Of a DNA stretch of 15,377 bases, positions 1 through 6,458 are shown in pieces. A model generated the notes under the pieces. That model was given only the letters and a program-made list of their open reading frames with translations, was not told the DNA's origin and did not search any database. The translations under genes were made by a program, and so were the position numbers. The stretch comes from an uncultured Candidatus Saccharibacteria bacterium (GTDB lineage Bacteria; Patescibacteriota; Minisyncoccia; UBA6257; JACRHW01): the NCBI GenBank assembly GCA_964388055.1, contig CAYLXU010000007.1, forward strand, positions 13,661-29,037. The letters run 5' to 3'. The stretch's first letter is position 1; each line of letters begins with the position of its first letter.

Positions 1-104
1 GTGCAGGAGGGGAGCGTAGAAAGGGAAAAATGTTTCGCGTGAAACATTTTGGGTGCAGGAGGGGAGCGTAGAAAGGGAAAAATGTTTCGCGTGAAACATT
101 TTGG
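1..104. repeat. 52-bp tandem direct repeat. Two complete identical copies at 1-52 and 53-104. A third copy begins at 105 (gtg) and then diverges. The array may continue left of the window.
   Basis: Units 1-52 and 53-104 are identical (gtgcaggaggggagcgtagaaagggaaaaatgtttcgcgtgaaacattttgg). Each unit carries the near-palindrome ATGTTTC-gcgt-GAAACAT. Confidence 0.9.
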
Positions 105-194
105 GTGGATTTTGGTACCGTGAAACATGTTTCACAGTATGTGAAACATGTTGTCAATATATAAATGTTTCACATCTTATTAAGCAGGTTGTCA
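30..194. promoter_or_regulatory. Array A of GTGAAACA/TGTTTCAC operator-like sites. 30-47 and 82-99 are ATGTTTCgcgtGAAACAT. 120-135 is the perfect 16-bp palindrome GTGAAACATGTTTCAC. 141-149 is a GTGAAACAT half-site, followed by TTGTCAAT at 151-158. 165-173 is an ATGTTTCAC half-site. A second TTGTCAAT lies at 189-196.
   Basis: Direct reading. Eight half-sites fall within about 145 bp. An 8-mer would be expected less than once in 15 kb by chance. The architecture is shared with array B at 3980-4048. Confidence 0.6.
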
Positions 195-204
195 ATGTAT
201 TTTA

Positions 205-230
205 AAAGAAAAAACGCCACAGGGCGTTTG
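205..230 (-). terminator. Rho-independent terminator of the ligase gene (minus strand).
   Basis: Minus strand reads AAACGCC-ctgt-GGCGTTT followed by TTTCTTTT. Stem arms are 212-218 and 223-229. It lies directly 3' of the ligase stop at 240-242. Confidence 0.7.
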
Positions 231-239
231 TCTAGAAGC

Positions 240-1229
240 TTATGAAGTTGGGTAAATACACTCTTCTGGGGCTTTATCGCCCCGTAAACGAACAAATTGC
301 GGATGTCGCAACGCGCCAGAAGGAAATCTTCTCTGGTACTCAACCTGAACAACTAATGGATATGTTGCATGAGCAAAATCTTCACGCTCTGCATCGCTAA
401 AACCACCACCAACCTCGCCACATGAAACCATCTCTCCCGTCTGTGGATCTATCTGAGCAAGATATAATTTCCCCATTCTATCCTTGTTCTTTCCTGTTCC
501 ATACGTAAAACGCGTAGCTATGAAGTCATCCTCAAAATGAGGTTTCCACTTCCAACACCCATCGGGACGAATAGGCTGATCCTTCCTCCCATCAAGTCGA
601 AAAGCAGTTGGCTTTGTCCCATCGTAAAGAACGAGACCCTCCCACCCTTCTCTAAGAACCTGTTTCCGCGCCTTATTAAAGGAACAACTAAGTACAGGGA
701 CAGGGGAGATTGAAGAAACATGGGAACTGTTTTGATGTCCGCCAAACAAAGACTTAAGCATGTAAAGACGCTCCCTATATGGCTTGTCCGAAGTTATTCG
801 TCCCTCCCAAATAATAGGGTCAAAAATCATATACACGGCCTTACCAGCTTCGCTCTGAAGTGCGATAGCAGCCTCTGGCTTCGACTTCGCAATGCGGGTA
901 AGCATCTCGAACTCATCCCGACCACTATTATCGACCAACATCTCTCCATCAAAAAGAAAGTCTCCTGTAGGCAACCCTAGCCGCAAAAAGTCTTCACAAA
1001 TATGGGGATATAATGCAGTAACATCTTCGATCCCACGAGTATAGATCCTTACACGAGAGGAGGAAACCACTACTAAATGGCGATACCCATCTCTTTTGCG
1101 CGTGATGATCAAATCTCCTTGCTGCTCAAGTTCATACACCTTGCGATCTTCAACGCTGTGTTTTGGTTTAGCCGGAACAAAATTCTTATCAAGAGGATCG
1201 AGAGAAAAGGGGAGTATGTGCTGTAACAC
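240..1229 (-). CDS. ATP-dependent DNA ligase, small single-module type (329 aa). GTG start.
   Basis: Nucleotidyltransferase motifs: motif I KxDGxR (ITRKRDGYRH), motif III (FLFDGEMLV), motif IV (EGLVLY), motif V (WKWKP). SD GGAGGTG lies 5 nt upstream of the GTG start. Confidence 0.8.
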   Translation of the reverse strand: MLQHILPFSLDPLDKNFVPAKPKHSVEDRKVYELEQQGDLIITRKRDGYRHLVVVSSSRVRIYTRGIEDVTALYPHICEDFLRLGLPTGDFLFDGEMLVDNSGRDEFEMLTRIAKSKPEAAIALQSEAGKAVYMIFDPIIWEGRITSDKPYRERLYMLKSLFGGHQNSSHVSSISPVPVLSCSFNKARKQVLREGWEGLVLYDGTKPTAFRLDGRKDQPIRPDGCWKWKPHFEDDFIATRFTYGTGKNKDRMGKLYLAQIDPQTGEMVSCGEVGGGFSDAEREDFAHATYPLVVQVEYQRRFPSGALRHPQFVRLRGDKAPEECIYPTS

Positions 1230-1313
1230 TACGCCACCTCCTATCTTTAGTGTTTATGTGCTGAAAATAAAATACTTTAAAAATGATAAATCGTCAAGGT
1301 TTTGCTCGAGACA

Positions 1314-1342
1314 TTGACGGAATATTGGATATAGGGTTATAT
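1314..1342 (+). promoter_or_regulatory. Candidate sigma70 promoter for the lipoprotein gene. TTGACG (1314-1319), 17-nt spacer, TTATAT (1337-1342).
   Basis: The hexamers and spacing were read directly. It lies about 37 nt upstream of the start at 1379. Confidence 0.45.
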
Positions 1343-1378
1343 AGATCTGGTCATTGAAAACAGAAGGGTGGATAAAAA

Positions 1379-2302
1379 ATGAAGCTCATTGTACTGCTTC
1401 TCTCTTACACACTCCTTGCATGCCCCCAACCAGAAAGGGTGGTTCAGAAAACCACACAACAAATTCTAGAAACAAAAGCTTTTAGCTACAACGCAAAAAT
1501 AAATATTACTATCTTCGCAAACGATAAGGGATCAATTTTTTTAAAAATGGCGGGAGACTATAACAATGAAACGCCACAAGGATCTCTTACGCTCACCGTG
1601 GGGATTGAACCAGATACCATAATCCTGGATCTAGAAACACGAATGGTTGACTCTAAGCTTTATTTTCGACTCTCCCAACTCTCTGAGAAACTTTTTCCTA
1701 AATCATTTTCTGATCCATGTAAAAAAATTTTAAGCCAGTGGGTTGTTGTTGATATGGGGGCCATAGAGACACTTGAAGAAATCAGAAACATGGCCACCAC
1801 TCAAGAGTTTCGAAAACTTCTAGAAGAAAAGCTTGGACAAATTAAAGATGTCTGTATTCGCTCAAATCTTCTCACCATCACCCACGTATTTGAAAACAGG
1901 GAAAACCCTCTTCAAGAGGAAGTCTATCATTACGCCTTTACTCTTAATAAGGAAAATCTTGTGGAGCTCCTTGGAATATTGACATGGATCACTGAGGGAA
2001 GATCCCCGACGGAAGAAGAGATGTCCTTCATTGTTGCATTGGTAAACGAGATAAAAGTACTCTATGGAGAGCTTTGGATTGACCCGGAAACAATGAACCT
2101 TCAAAAACTTCTTTCACGTGGTGTATTTCTTGTGCGAGATCAAGGAAGGAAGATATACGTACACCTTGATGTTTCTGCTTCGTTCAAAAACTTCAACATG
2201 CCCGTTGTGGTCGAAAAACCTTCGGATGCGAAATCACTCGAAGAAATTTTTGAACCCAAAAAGATGCCAACAGACATGCCAGAAGACGATTACAACCACT
2301 GA
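1379..2302 (+). CDS. Hypothetical secreted protein, probable lipoprotein (307 aa).
   Basis: N-terminus is MKLIVLLLSYTLLAC-PQP, a signal peptide with a lipobox-like LLAC. SD AGAAGGGTGG is upstream. A clean terminator lies downstream. I recognise no family motif. Confidence 0.7.
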   Translation: MKLIVLLLSYTLLACPQPERVVQKTTQQILETKAFSYNAKINITIFANDKGSIFLKMAGDYNNETPQGSLTLTVGIEPDTIILDLETRMVDSKLYFRLSQLSEKLFPKSFSDPCKKILSQWVVVDMGAIETLEEIRNMATTQEFRKLLEEKLGQIKDVCIRSNLLTITHVFENRENPLQEEVYHYAFTLNKENLVELLGILTWITEGRSPTEEEMSFIVALVNEIKVLYGELWIDPETMNLQKLLSRGVFLVRDQGRKIYVHLDVSASFKNFNMPVVVEKPSDAKSLEEIFEPKKMPTDMPEDDYNH

Positions 2303-2304
2303 TA

Positions 2305-2338
2305 AAAACAAACCCCTCGAAGAGGGGATTTATTTTTC
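2305..2338. terminator. Bidirectional intrinsic terminator between the convergent lipoprotein and murC genes.
   Basis: CCCCTC-gaa-GAGGGG (2313-2327) is flanked by an A-run on the left and the T-run ATTTATTTTT on the right. Confidence 0.7.
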
Positions 2339-2374
2339 TAAACAGAGAAGAGCCACAATGGACATTATGACACG

Positions 2375-3754
2375 TCACAATGTTTCGGAGAGTTTCTTGG
2401 CAACTTTCCACACATCACCCGCACCGATCGTAATCACCACAGAATTTTTTAAATCGCTTTTTTCTAAAACTTTGTTTACGCATACTAATGCATTTTCCAA
2501 GTTGCGTGCGTATTCAACAATGGTGGGGGAGTGAGCTCTTATTTTTTTAATCAAATCTTTTGAGCTGATTTTGCCTTTTTTCTCACGCGCTGATCCGTAC
2601 ACCTCTAGAACTACAACATGGTCTGCGTGATTAAAGGATTGTGCAAAGTCATCAATCAATGCTTCGGTACGAGAAAATGTATGAGGATGAAAAATGGCAA
2701 TAATTTTCTTCTTGGGAAATTTTTTTCGCGCAGCAGAAAGTGTTGCTTGTACTTCAGTGGGGTGATGCGCGTAGTCATCAATCACAATTGGATTTTTTTT
2801 CTTTATGATCTCAAACCTTCTGCTTGTTCCGTGAAATTTCAAAATCCCATCTTTTATTTTTTTATCACCCACACCCAATACTTTTCCAAGGGTATACACC
2901 GCAGCACTATTCAATGCGTTATGATCTCCCGCGAGCGATGTTTCGAGTGTAATTTCTTTTTTGTTCTTATGTGTGAGTGTGAAAGATTGCCGCACACCTT
3001 CTTCAGAAGATGGGAAAAGACGCACATCATTCTTTGCTCTATGCCCGTAAAATATTTTTTGACATCGCGCCACCTTCGCAACGTCGCGGACATCATCATT
3101 ATCTCCAAACGCAATAAGATATCCGTCTCGAGGAATACGCTTCACAAATTCACGAAATGTATTTTTATATGATTCAAAATCAGGAAAGTAATCAGGATGA
3201 TCATATTCGAGATGTGTGAGTACAACCACCTTCGGATTAAAATGGGAGAGTTTGTTTTGATATTCATCTCCTTCAATTACCCAATATTTTTTCTTTCCCA
3301 CAATTGCATTTGTACCCCACGCGCGAACACGTGACCCGACCACTACCGTAGGATCCAATCTCGCCTCGCGCAATACACTTCCCGCAAGTGCAGTAGTTGT
3401 CGTCTTTCCATGTGTCCCCGTAATAACAATTCCATAATGTCCGTGATTAAAAACCTCGCCCAACATCTCCGCATAAGAAAAAATTTTTATGCCATCTTTC
3501 TTAAGATACGCAAATTCAGGATTGTTTTTTTCATTATAGGCAGAAGATGCAACGTACACGTCAGCCACGTGCTGCACCACGTTATTCTTGTTGAATCCCT
3601 CGAATACTTTTATCTTTAGTTTTCGAAGTACCTCATCGGTGAAAAACTTTTCACTTACATCTGACCCAACGACCTCATACCCATTCGCCTTAAGCAACTG
3701 CGCAAGCGCAGTCATGCCAACCCCCTTAATACCAATAAAATATGCTTTCTTCAT
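2375..3754 (-). CDS. murC: UDP-N-acetylmuramate--L-alanine ligase MurC (459 aa).
   Basis: N-terminal IGIKGVGMTALA dinucleotide-binding segment. P-loop GTHGKTTTT. Typical Mur-ligase length and domain order. A TATAAT is readable on the minus strand at 3833-3828, about 70 nt upstream. Confidence 0.9.
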   Translation of the reverse strand: MKKAYFIGIKGVGMTALAQLLKANGYEVVGSDVSEKFFTDEVLRKLKIKVFEGFNKNNVVQHVADVYVASSAYNEKNNPEFAYLKKDGIKIFSYAEMLGEVFNHGHYGIVITGTHGKTTTTALAGSVLREARLDPTVVVGSRVRAWGTNAIVGKKKYWVIEGDEYQNKLSHFNPKVVVLTHLEYDHPDYFPDFESYKNTFREFVKRIPRDGYLIAFGDNDDVRDVAKVARCQKIFYGHRAKNDVRLFPSSEEGVRQSFTLTHKNKKEITLETSLAGDHNALNSAAVYTLGKVLGVGDKKIKDGILKFHGTSRRFEIIKKKNPIVIDDYAHHPTEVQATLSAARKKFPKKKIIAIFHPHTFSRTEALIDDFAQSFNHADHVVVLEVYGSAREKKGKISSKDLIKKIRAHSPTIVEYARNLENALVCVNKVLEKSDLKNSVVITIGAGDVWKVAKKLSETL

Positions 3755-3979
3755 ACCCGGTTATTACAATTTCGATTCGTAAAACGACATTTTTAAATAG
3801 CTCATGTGTGATCTATACATAGTCGAGATTATAGCAAAAAATGGTGTTCTTCTCTGTGCGTGAGCGCATATCGAAGTTGTAAAACCAGGCATGCTGCAAT
3901 AAACACATATGATATAACACGAAGCCTATACACAAAACAAATCCCTTACCTACATACATAGATGAGGTACAAAGAAAAA

Positions 3980-4048
3980 ATGTTTCACGTGAAACATTTC
4001 GTGAAACATCTTGACAATGTGTTTCACAAAATGTGAAACATGTTTCAC
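3980..4048. promoter_or_regulatory. Array B of the same operator-like motif. 3980-3997 is the perfect 18-bp palindrome ATGTTTCACGTGAAACAT. 4001-4009 is GTGAAACAT, followed by TTGACAAT at 4011-4018. 4019-4027 is gTGTTTCAC. 4033-4048 is the perfect palindrome GTGAAACATGTTTCAC.
   Basis: Direct reading. Six half-sites fall in 69 bp. The layout half-site / TTGACAAT / inverted half-site / 16-bp palindrome matches array A. Confidence 0.6.
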
Positions 4049-4058
4049 GGCGCGGTAA

Positions 4059-5537
4059 TCAAAGTGTCTTGCGCACATAATAGTCCACCGGTGCAAAATC
4101 ATCAGTAAGAATCGGTGTGTCATTTTCTACCTCTCCTTTCCATATCTGTTGCAAATATCCATTAATCTCCTCGTTGTCACTCTCAAAACTTGGAGACACG
4201 TCTGACTTTAGCGCGACCAGTATAATATTTTGTACGCGCGCGTTCTCTAATTTTCTTACAGGAAATAAATACACCTGAGGAAACACACTCTTGTATGTGG
4301 CATATTCAGCACGTAAAAATTCTCCCTGAACACCATTAATAGAAGAAATGATATTAATAATCGCGACCCCGTCGTCATGTAATGCACCAAATATTTTTTC
4401 CGTCGCCTCCCTTGTAGTGAGTTGATAGGGGATAGAATAAAGAGCATGAAACGCATCTCCAAAAATAACATCATATTTATTGCGAGTTGTGTTTAAAAAC
4501 GCTCTCGCATCCTCGTGAAAAATATTCAACCTTGGATCGTCTTTGAGATTAAAATAGCGTCGAGCTAACGCCGTTACCCCTTCATCAATCTCCACCACAT
4601 CAAGATACGCGTTGGGATATTGTTTTAAATAATCTCTTGGATATGTATACCCCGCACCACCTATCACAAGGGATTTTTTAATCTCCGGCTTGAAATGTTT
4701 TGCGATACGATAAAACTTGGTGTAGTCGAACACCAAGTCATCCTCTCCTTCTAGAAAAATGGCAGATTGCGTTCCAAACGGATCAAATGCCATGTTAAGA
4801 GTTTCTCTCTGTGTCTTAGAATCAACGCCCTTATAAATAAACACTCTGCTATATTTTGTATCTACATCAGCAACAAGAGATTTACCATACACAAGATGGG
4901 TACCGTTTTTAAAAAATAAAACGGTAAGAAAAAGTGCTATAAAAATTAATTTAGTTTTTAAAAACTTTTTTGAATCAACAGCAACCGCAACAAGAAGAAG
5001 GGTAAGCGCAAGTAAGATCAAAATTCTCTCCGAGCCAACATGAGGAATAAGAAGAAAACCTCCAAAGAATGTGCCAAAAATACTCCCAACAGTAGAAAGC
5101 GCATATAAATTTCCCGCCGTTGTTCCAGCAGTGTTTACGTTTTCTAATTTAAGCTTTAAAGCATAGGGAGAAATCATCCCCAACAACACGCTTGCCGGGG
5201 CAAATAAAATAAGCGCTGAAAAAAACGATGCAAATTCTATGCTTATCAAGCCCTGAAATGGGACAAGCACCATTCCTTTCATAAAAAGAGTGAACGCAAT
5301 GAGGAGAGCAGAGAAAAAAATAATCAACGAAAAAACTTCAATGCGAGGATTGTTGTCAGCCATTCTTCCACCAAACCAATATCCAAAACTTAGGCTTCCC
5401 AAAATCACCCCAATCAAACTAGTCCATACAAAAATAGAGGTACCTAAATAGGGGGCCAATATCCTCGAGCCAACAAGCTCAAAAATCATCACCACTGCCC
5501 CACATAAAAATACTGAGTATTCTAACTTATATCTCAT
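4059..5537 (-). CDS. Membrane-anchored spermidine/spermine synthase family protein (492 aa). An N-terminal multi-TM domain is fused to a C-terminal aminopropyltransferase-like domain.
   Basis: About 200 aa of hydrophobic helices are followed by a spermidine-synthase-like core. The core includes SLVIGGAGYTYPRDYL (a glycine-rich AdoMet-type loop) and DVIFGDAF. SD AGGAGA is upstream. Confidence 0.75.
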   Translation of the reverse strand: MRYKLEYSVFLCGAVVMIFELVGSRILAPYLGTSIFVWTSLIGVILGSLSFGYWFGGRMADNNPRIEVFSLIIFFSALLIAFTLFMKGMVLVPFQGLISIEFASFFSALILFAPASVLLGMISPYALKLKLENVNTAGTTAGNLYALSTVGSIFGTFFGGFLLIPHVGSERILILLALTLLLVAVAVDSKKFLKTKLIFIALFLTVLFFKNGTHLVYGKSLVADVDTKYSRVFIYKGVDSKTQRETLNMAFDPFGTQSAIFLEGEDDLVFDYTKFYRIAKHFKPEIKKSLVIGGAGYTYPRDYLKQYPNAYLDVVEIDEGVTALARRYFNLKDDPRLNIFHEDARAFLNTTRNKYDVIFGDAFHALYSIPYQLTTREATEKIFGALHDDGVAIINIISSINGVQGEFLRAEYATYKSVFPQVYLFPVRKLENARVQNIILVALKSDVSPSFESDNEEINGYLQQIWKGEVENDTPILTDDFAPVDYYVRKTL

Positions 5538-5593
5538 ACTATCTCCTATGAATTATAAACCACATTCATTCTACACAGAACCCTTTTCCAGTG

Positions 5594-5624
5594 TTATAAA
5601 AACCCCTTCAGTGGGGTTTTTATA
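5594..5624 (-). terminator. Intrinsic terminator downstream of the 119-aa ORF (minus strand). It is structurally bidirectional.
   Basis: Minus strand reads AAAAACCCC-actgaa-GGGGTTTTTAT. The stem is cccc 5603-5606 paired with gggg 5613-5616. Confidence 0.65.
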
Positions 5625-5634
5625 ACAGGACAAA

Positions 5635-5994
5635 TTATGTATCAACCTCTTTCTTTAAAAGATTAATAACCTTCTCTCGCAACCCATATTCTTCGGGAAT
5701 GCGACGCAGATAATATTGCAATGTTTCAATAAATTCATTTGTAGTCATAATAGCTTTACGCTCTTCCTTGGTAAAAAACTTCTGTAGTTTCCCGCGCGCT
5801 TCATCGATACACTGAATCACTTCATCGACTTGATACTCTTTTTCTCCCTCTCCGTGTATCACAGAAAGTATTTTAAGTTCCTTCTTTAAAGCATCGAAAG
5901 AGTCTATGCCTTGAAACGGTGCCTCTGTTTTCGTCGCCCCCACTGCTTCTTGTTGTCTCTTTGTAGAAGCAGGAATTTGTTTTGGTTGTTCCAT
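5635..5994 (-). CDS. Hypothetical protein (119 aa), acidic and hydrophilic.
   Basis: Complete ORF, terminated by the 5594-5624 hairpin. No SD and no recognisable motifs. It lies directly downstream (minus strand) of tRNA-Val and the structured element. Confidence 0.5.
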   Translation of the reverse strand: MEQPKQIPASTKRQQEAVGATKTEAPFQGIDSFDALKKELKILSVIHGEGEKEYQVDEVIQCIDEARGKLQKFFTKEERKAIMTTNEFIETLQYYLRRIPEEYGLREKVINLLKKEVDT

Positions 5995-6041
5995 GAAAAA
6001 GTTAGGCCAAACAAAAGATTTAAATGAATACTCCTCGGCTT

Positions 6042-6060
6042 ACTCTTCAAAACTTTGGAC
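6042..6060. repeat. Left arm of a perfect 19-bp inverted repeat (ACTCTTCAAAACTTTGGAC).
   Basis: Its exact reverse complement lies at 6262-6280. Confidence 0.9.
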
Positions 6061-6061
6061 A

Positions 6062-6080
6062 GTGGACGGTACAGGACTCG
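6062..6080 (-). repeat. 19-nt direct duplicate of the 3' end of tRNA-Val (T-loop through discriminator, gtggacggtacaggactcg).
   Basis: 6062-6080 is identical to 6192-6210. The next 8 nt (gtcacaac) resemble the inverted complement of the adjacent tRNA segment (gtcacagg). Confidence 0.85.
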
Positions 6081-6190
6081 GTCACAACTTTTTTGCTTCG
6101 CAAAAAGTCGCGACCCCGCCTCCCCCGATAGTCATCGGGGTCCGGCTTTCGAGTCCTGGCGCAAACAAATAAATTTGCTTACTTACCCTC
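6081..6190 (-). other. Structured non-coding element between tRNA-Val and the 119-aa ORF. It may be an RNA (attenuator, processing or leader element) or an att-site remnant.
   Basis: Minus-strand hairpins are present. ACTTTTTGC-gaa-GCAAAAAAGT is the plus-strand inverted repeat at about 6086-6109, rc-mapped from plus cttttttgc(6087-6095)...gcaaaaag(6100-6107). CCCCGAT-gact-ATCGGGG comes from the plus-strand palindrome ccccgat(6124-6130)-agtc-atcgggg(6135-6141), and shares its CCCCG with the alternative pairing GACCCCG/CGGGGTC. CAGGACTCG pairs with CGAGTCCTG of the duplicated tRNA tail. Confidence 0.35.
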
Positions 6191-6192
6191 GG

Positions 6193-6265
6193 TGGACGGT
6201 ACAGGACTCGAACCTGTGACCCTCTCGGTGTAAACGAGATGCTCTACCAACTGAGCTAACCGTCC
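6193..6265 (-). tRNA. tRNA-Val, anticodon UAC, 73 nt. CCA is not encoded.
   Basis: Manual cloverleaf: acceptor GGACGGT/ACCGTCC, D-arm GCTC-AGTTGGTA-GAGC, anticodon arm TCTCG-TTTACAC-CGAGA (anticodon TAC), variable loop GGGTC, T-arm ACAGG-TTCGAGT-CCTGT, discriminator A. Confidence 0.9.
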
Positions 6266-6280
6266 AAAGTTTTGAAGAGT
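6262..6280. repeat. Right arm of the perfect 19-bp inverted repeat. It overlaps the first 4 nt of tRNA-Val.
   Basis: The reverse complement of 6262-6280 equals 6042-6060 exactly. Confidence 0.9.
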
Positions 6281-6285
6281 GTAAA

Positions 6286-6336
6286 CGGAGAAAATAAAGA
6301 CCTTTATTTTCTCCTCCAACGAACTGAGCTAAGCAT
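6286..6336. repeat. Perfect 13-bp-stem AT-rich hairpin (GGAGAAAATAAAG-acc-CTTTATTTTCTCC, 6286-6314). It is followed by a tRNA 5'-fragment-like sequence at 6318-6336.
   Basis: The stem was read directly. 6318-6336 (ccaacgaactgagctaagc) resembles the D-arm region of the adjacent tRNA (accaactgagctaaccg). Confidence 0.6.
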
Positions 6337-6387
6337 GCCTTTTATGTATTTCAAAATAAAACATTTTTCCCAAAAAATCAATATACA

Positions 6388-6416
6388 TTGACACGGCGCA
6401 TTGTTCAATGTAATAT
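6388..6416 (+). promoter_or_regulatory. Sigma70 promoter of the 406-aa membrane-protein gene. TTGACA (6388-6393), 17-nt spacer, TAATAT (6411-6416).
   Basis: Consensus -35, exact 17-nt spacer and a near-consensus -10. It lies about 43 nt upstream of the ATG at 6459. SD AAAGGGG is at 6443-6449. Confidence 0.6.
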
Positions 6417-6458
6417 ACTTTCGGCAGCTCATCGACAACCAGAAAGGGGTGTCATCAC

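Noticed and set aside
1-104. Possible CRISPR array, because of identical direct repeats.
   Set aside because: The two 52-bp units abut with no unique spacers, and the unit is longer than CRISPR repeats. It is a tandem duplication, not repeat-spacer architecture.
170-352. 60-aa ORF on the minus strand.
   Set aside because: It overlaps the ligase 3' end and its terminator hairpin, and has no RBS.
2118-3172. ORFs 2118-2534(+), 2193-2411(-), 2618-3172(+), 2911-3114(-).
   Set aside because: They are antisense to, or out of frame within, murC, which has unambiguous Mur-ligase motifs. No RBS or terminators are present.
5538-5560. TATAAT (rc of 5552-5557) as the -10 for the speE-like gene.
   Set aside because: It would place the transcription start inside the gene's own AGGAGA Shine-Dalgarno, so it is geometrically implausible. 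The real promoter is probably further upstream or shared.
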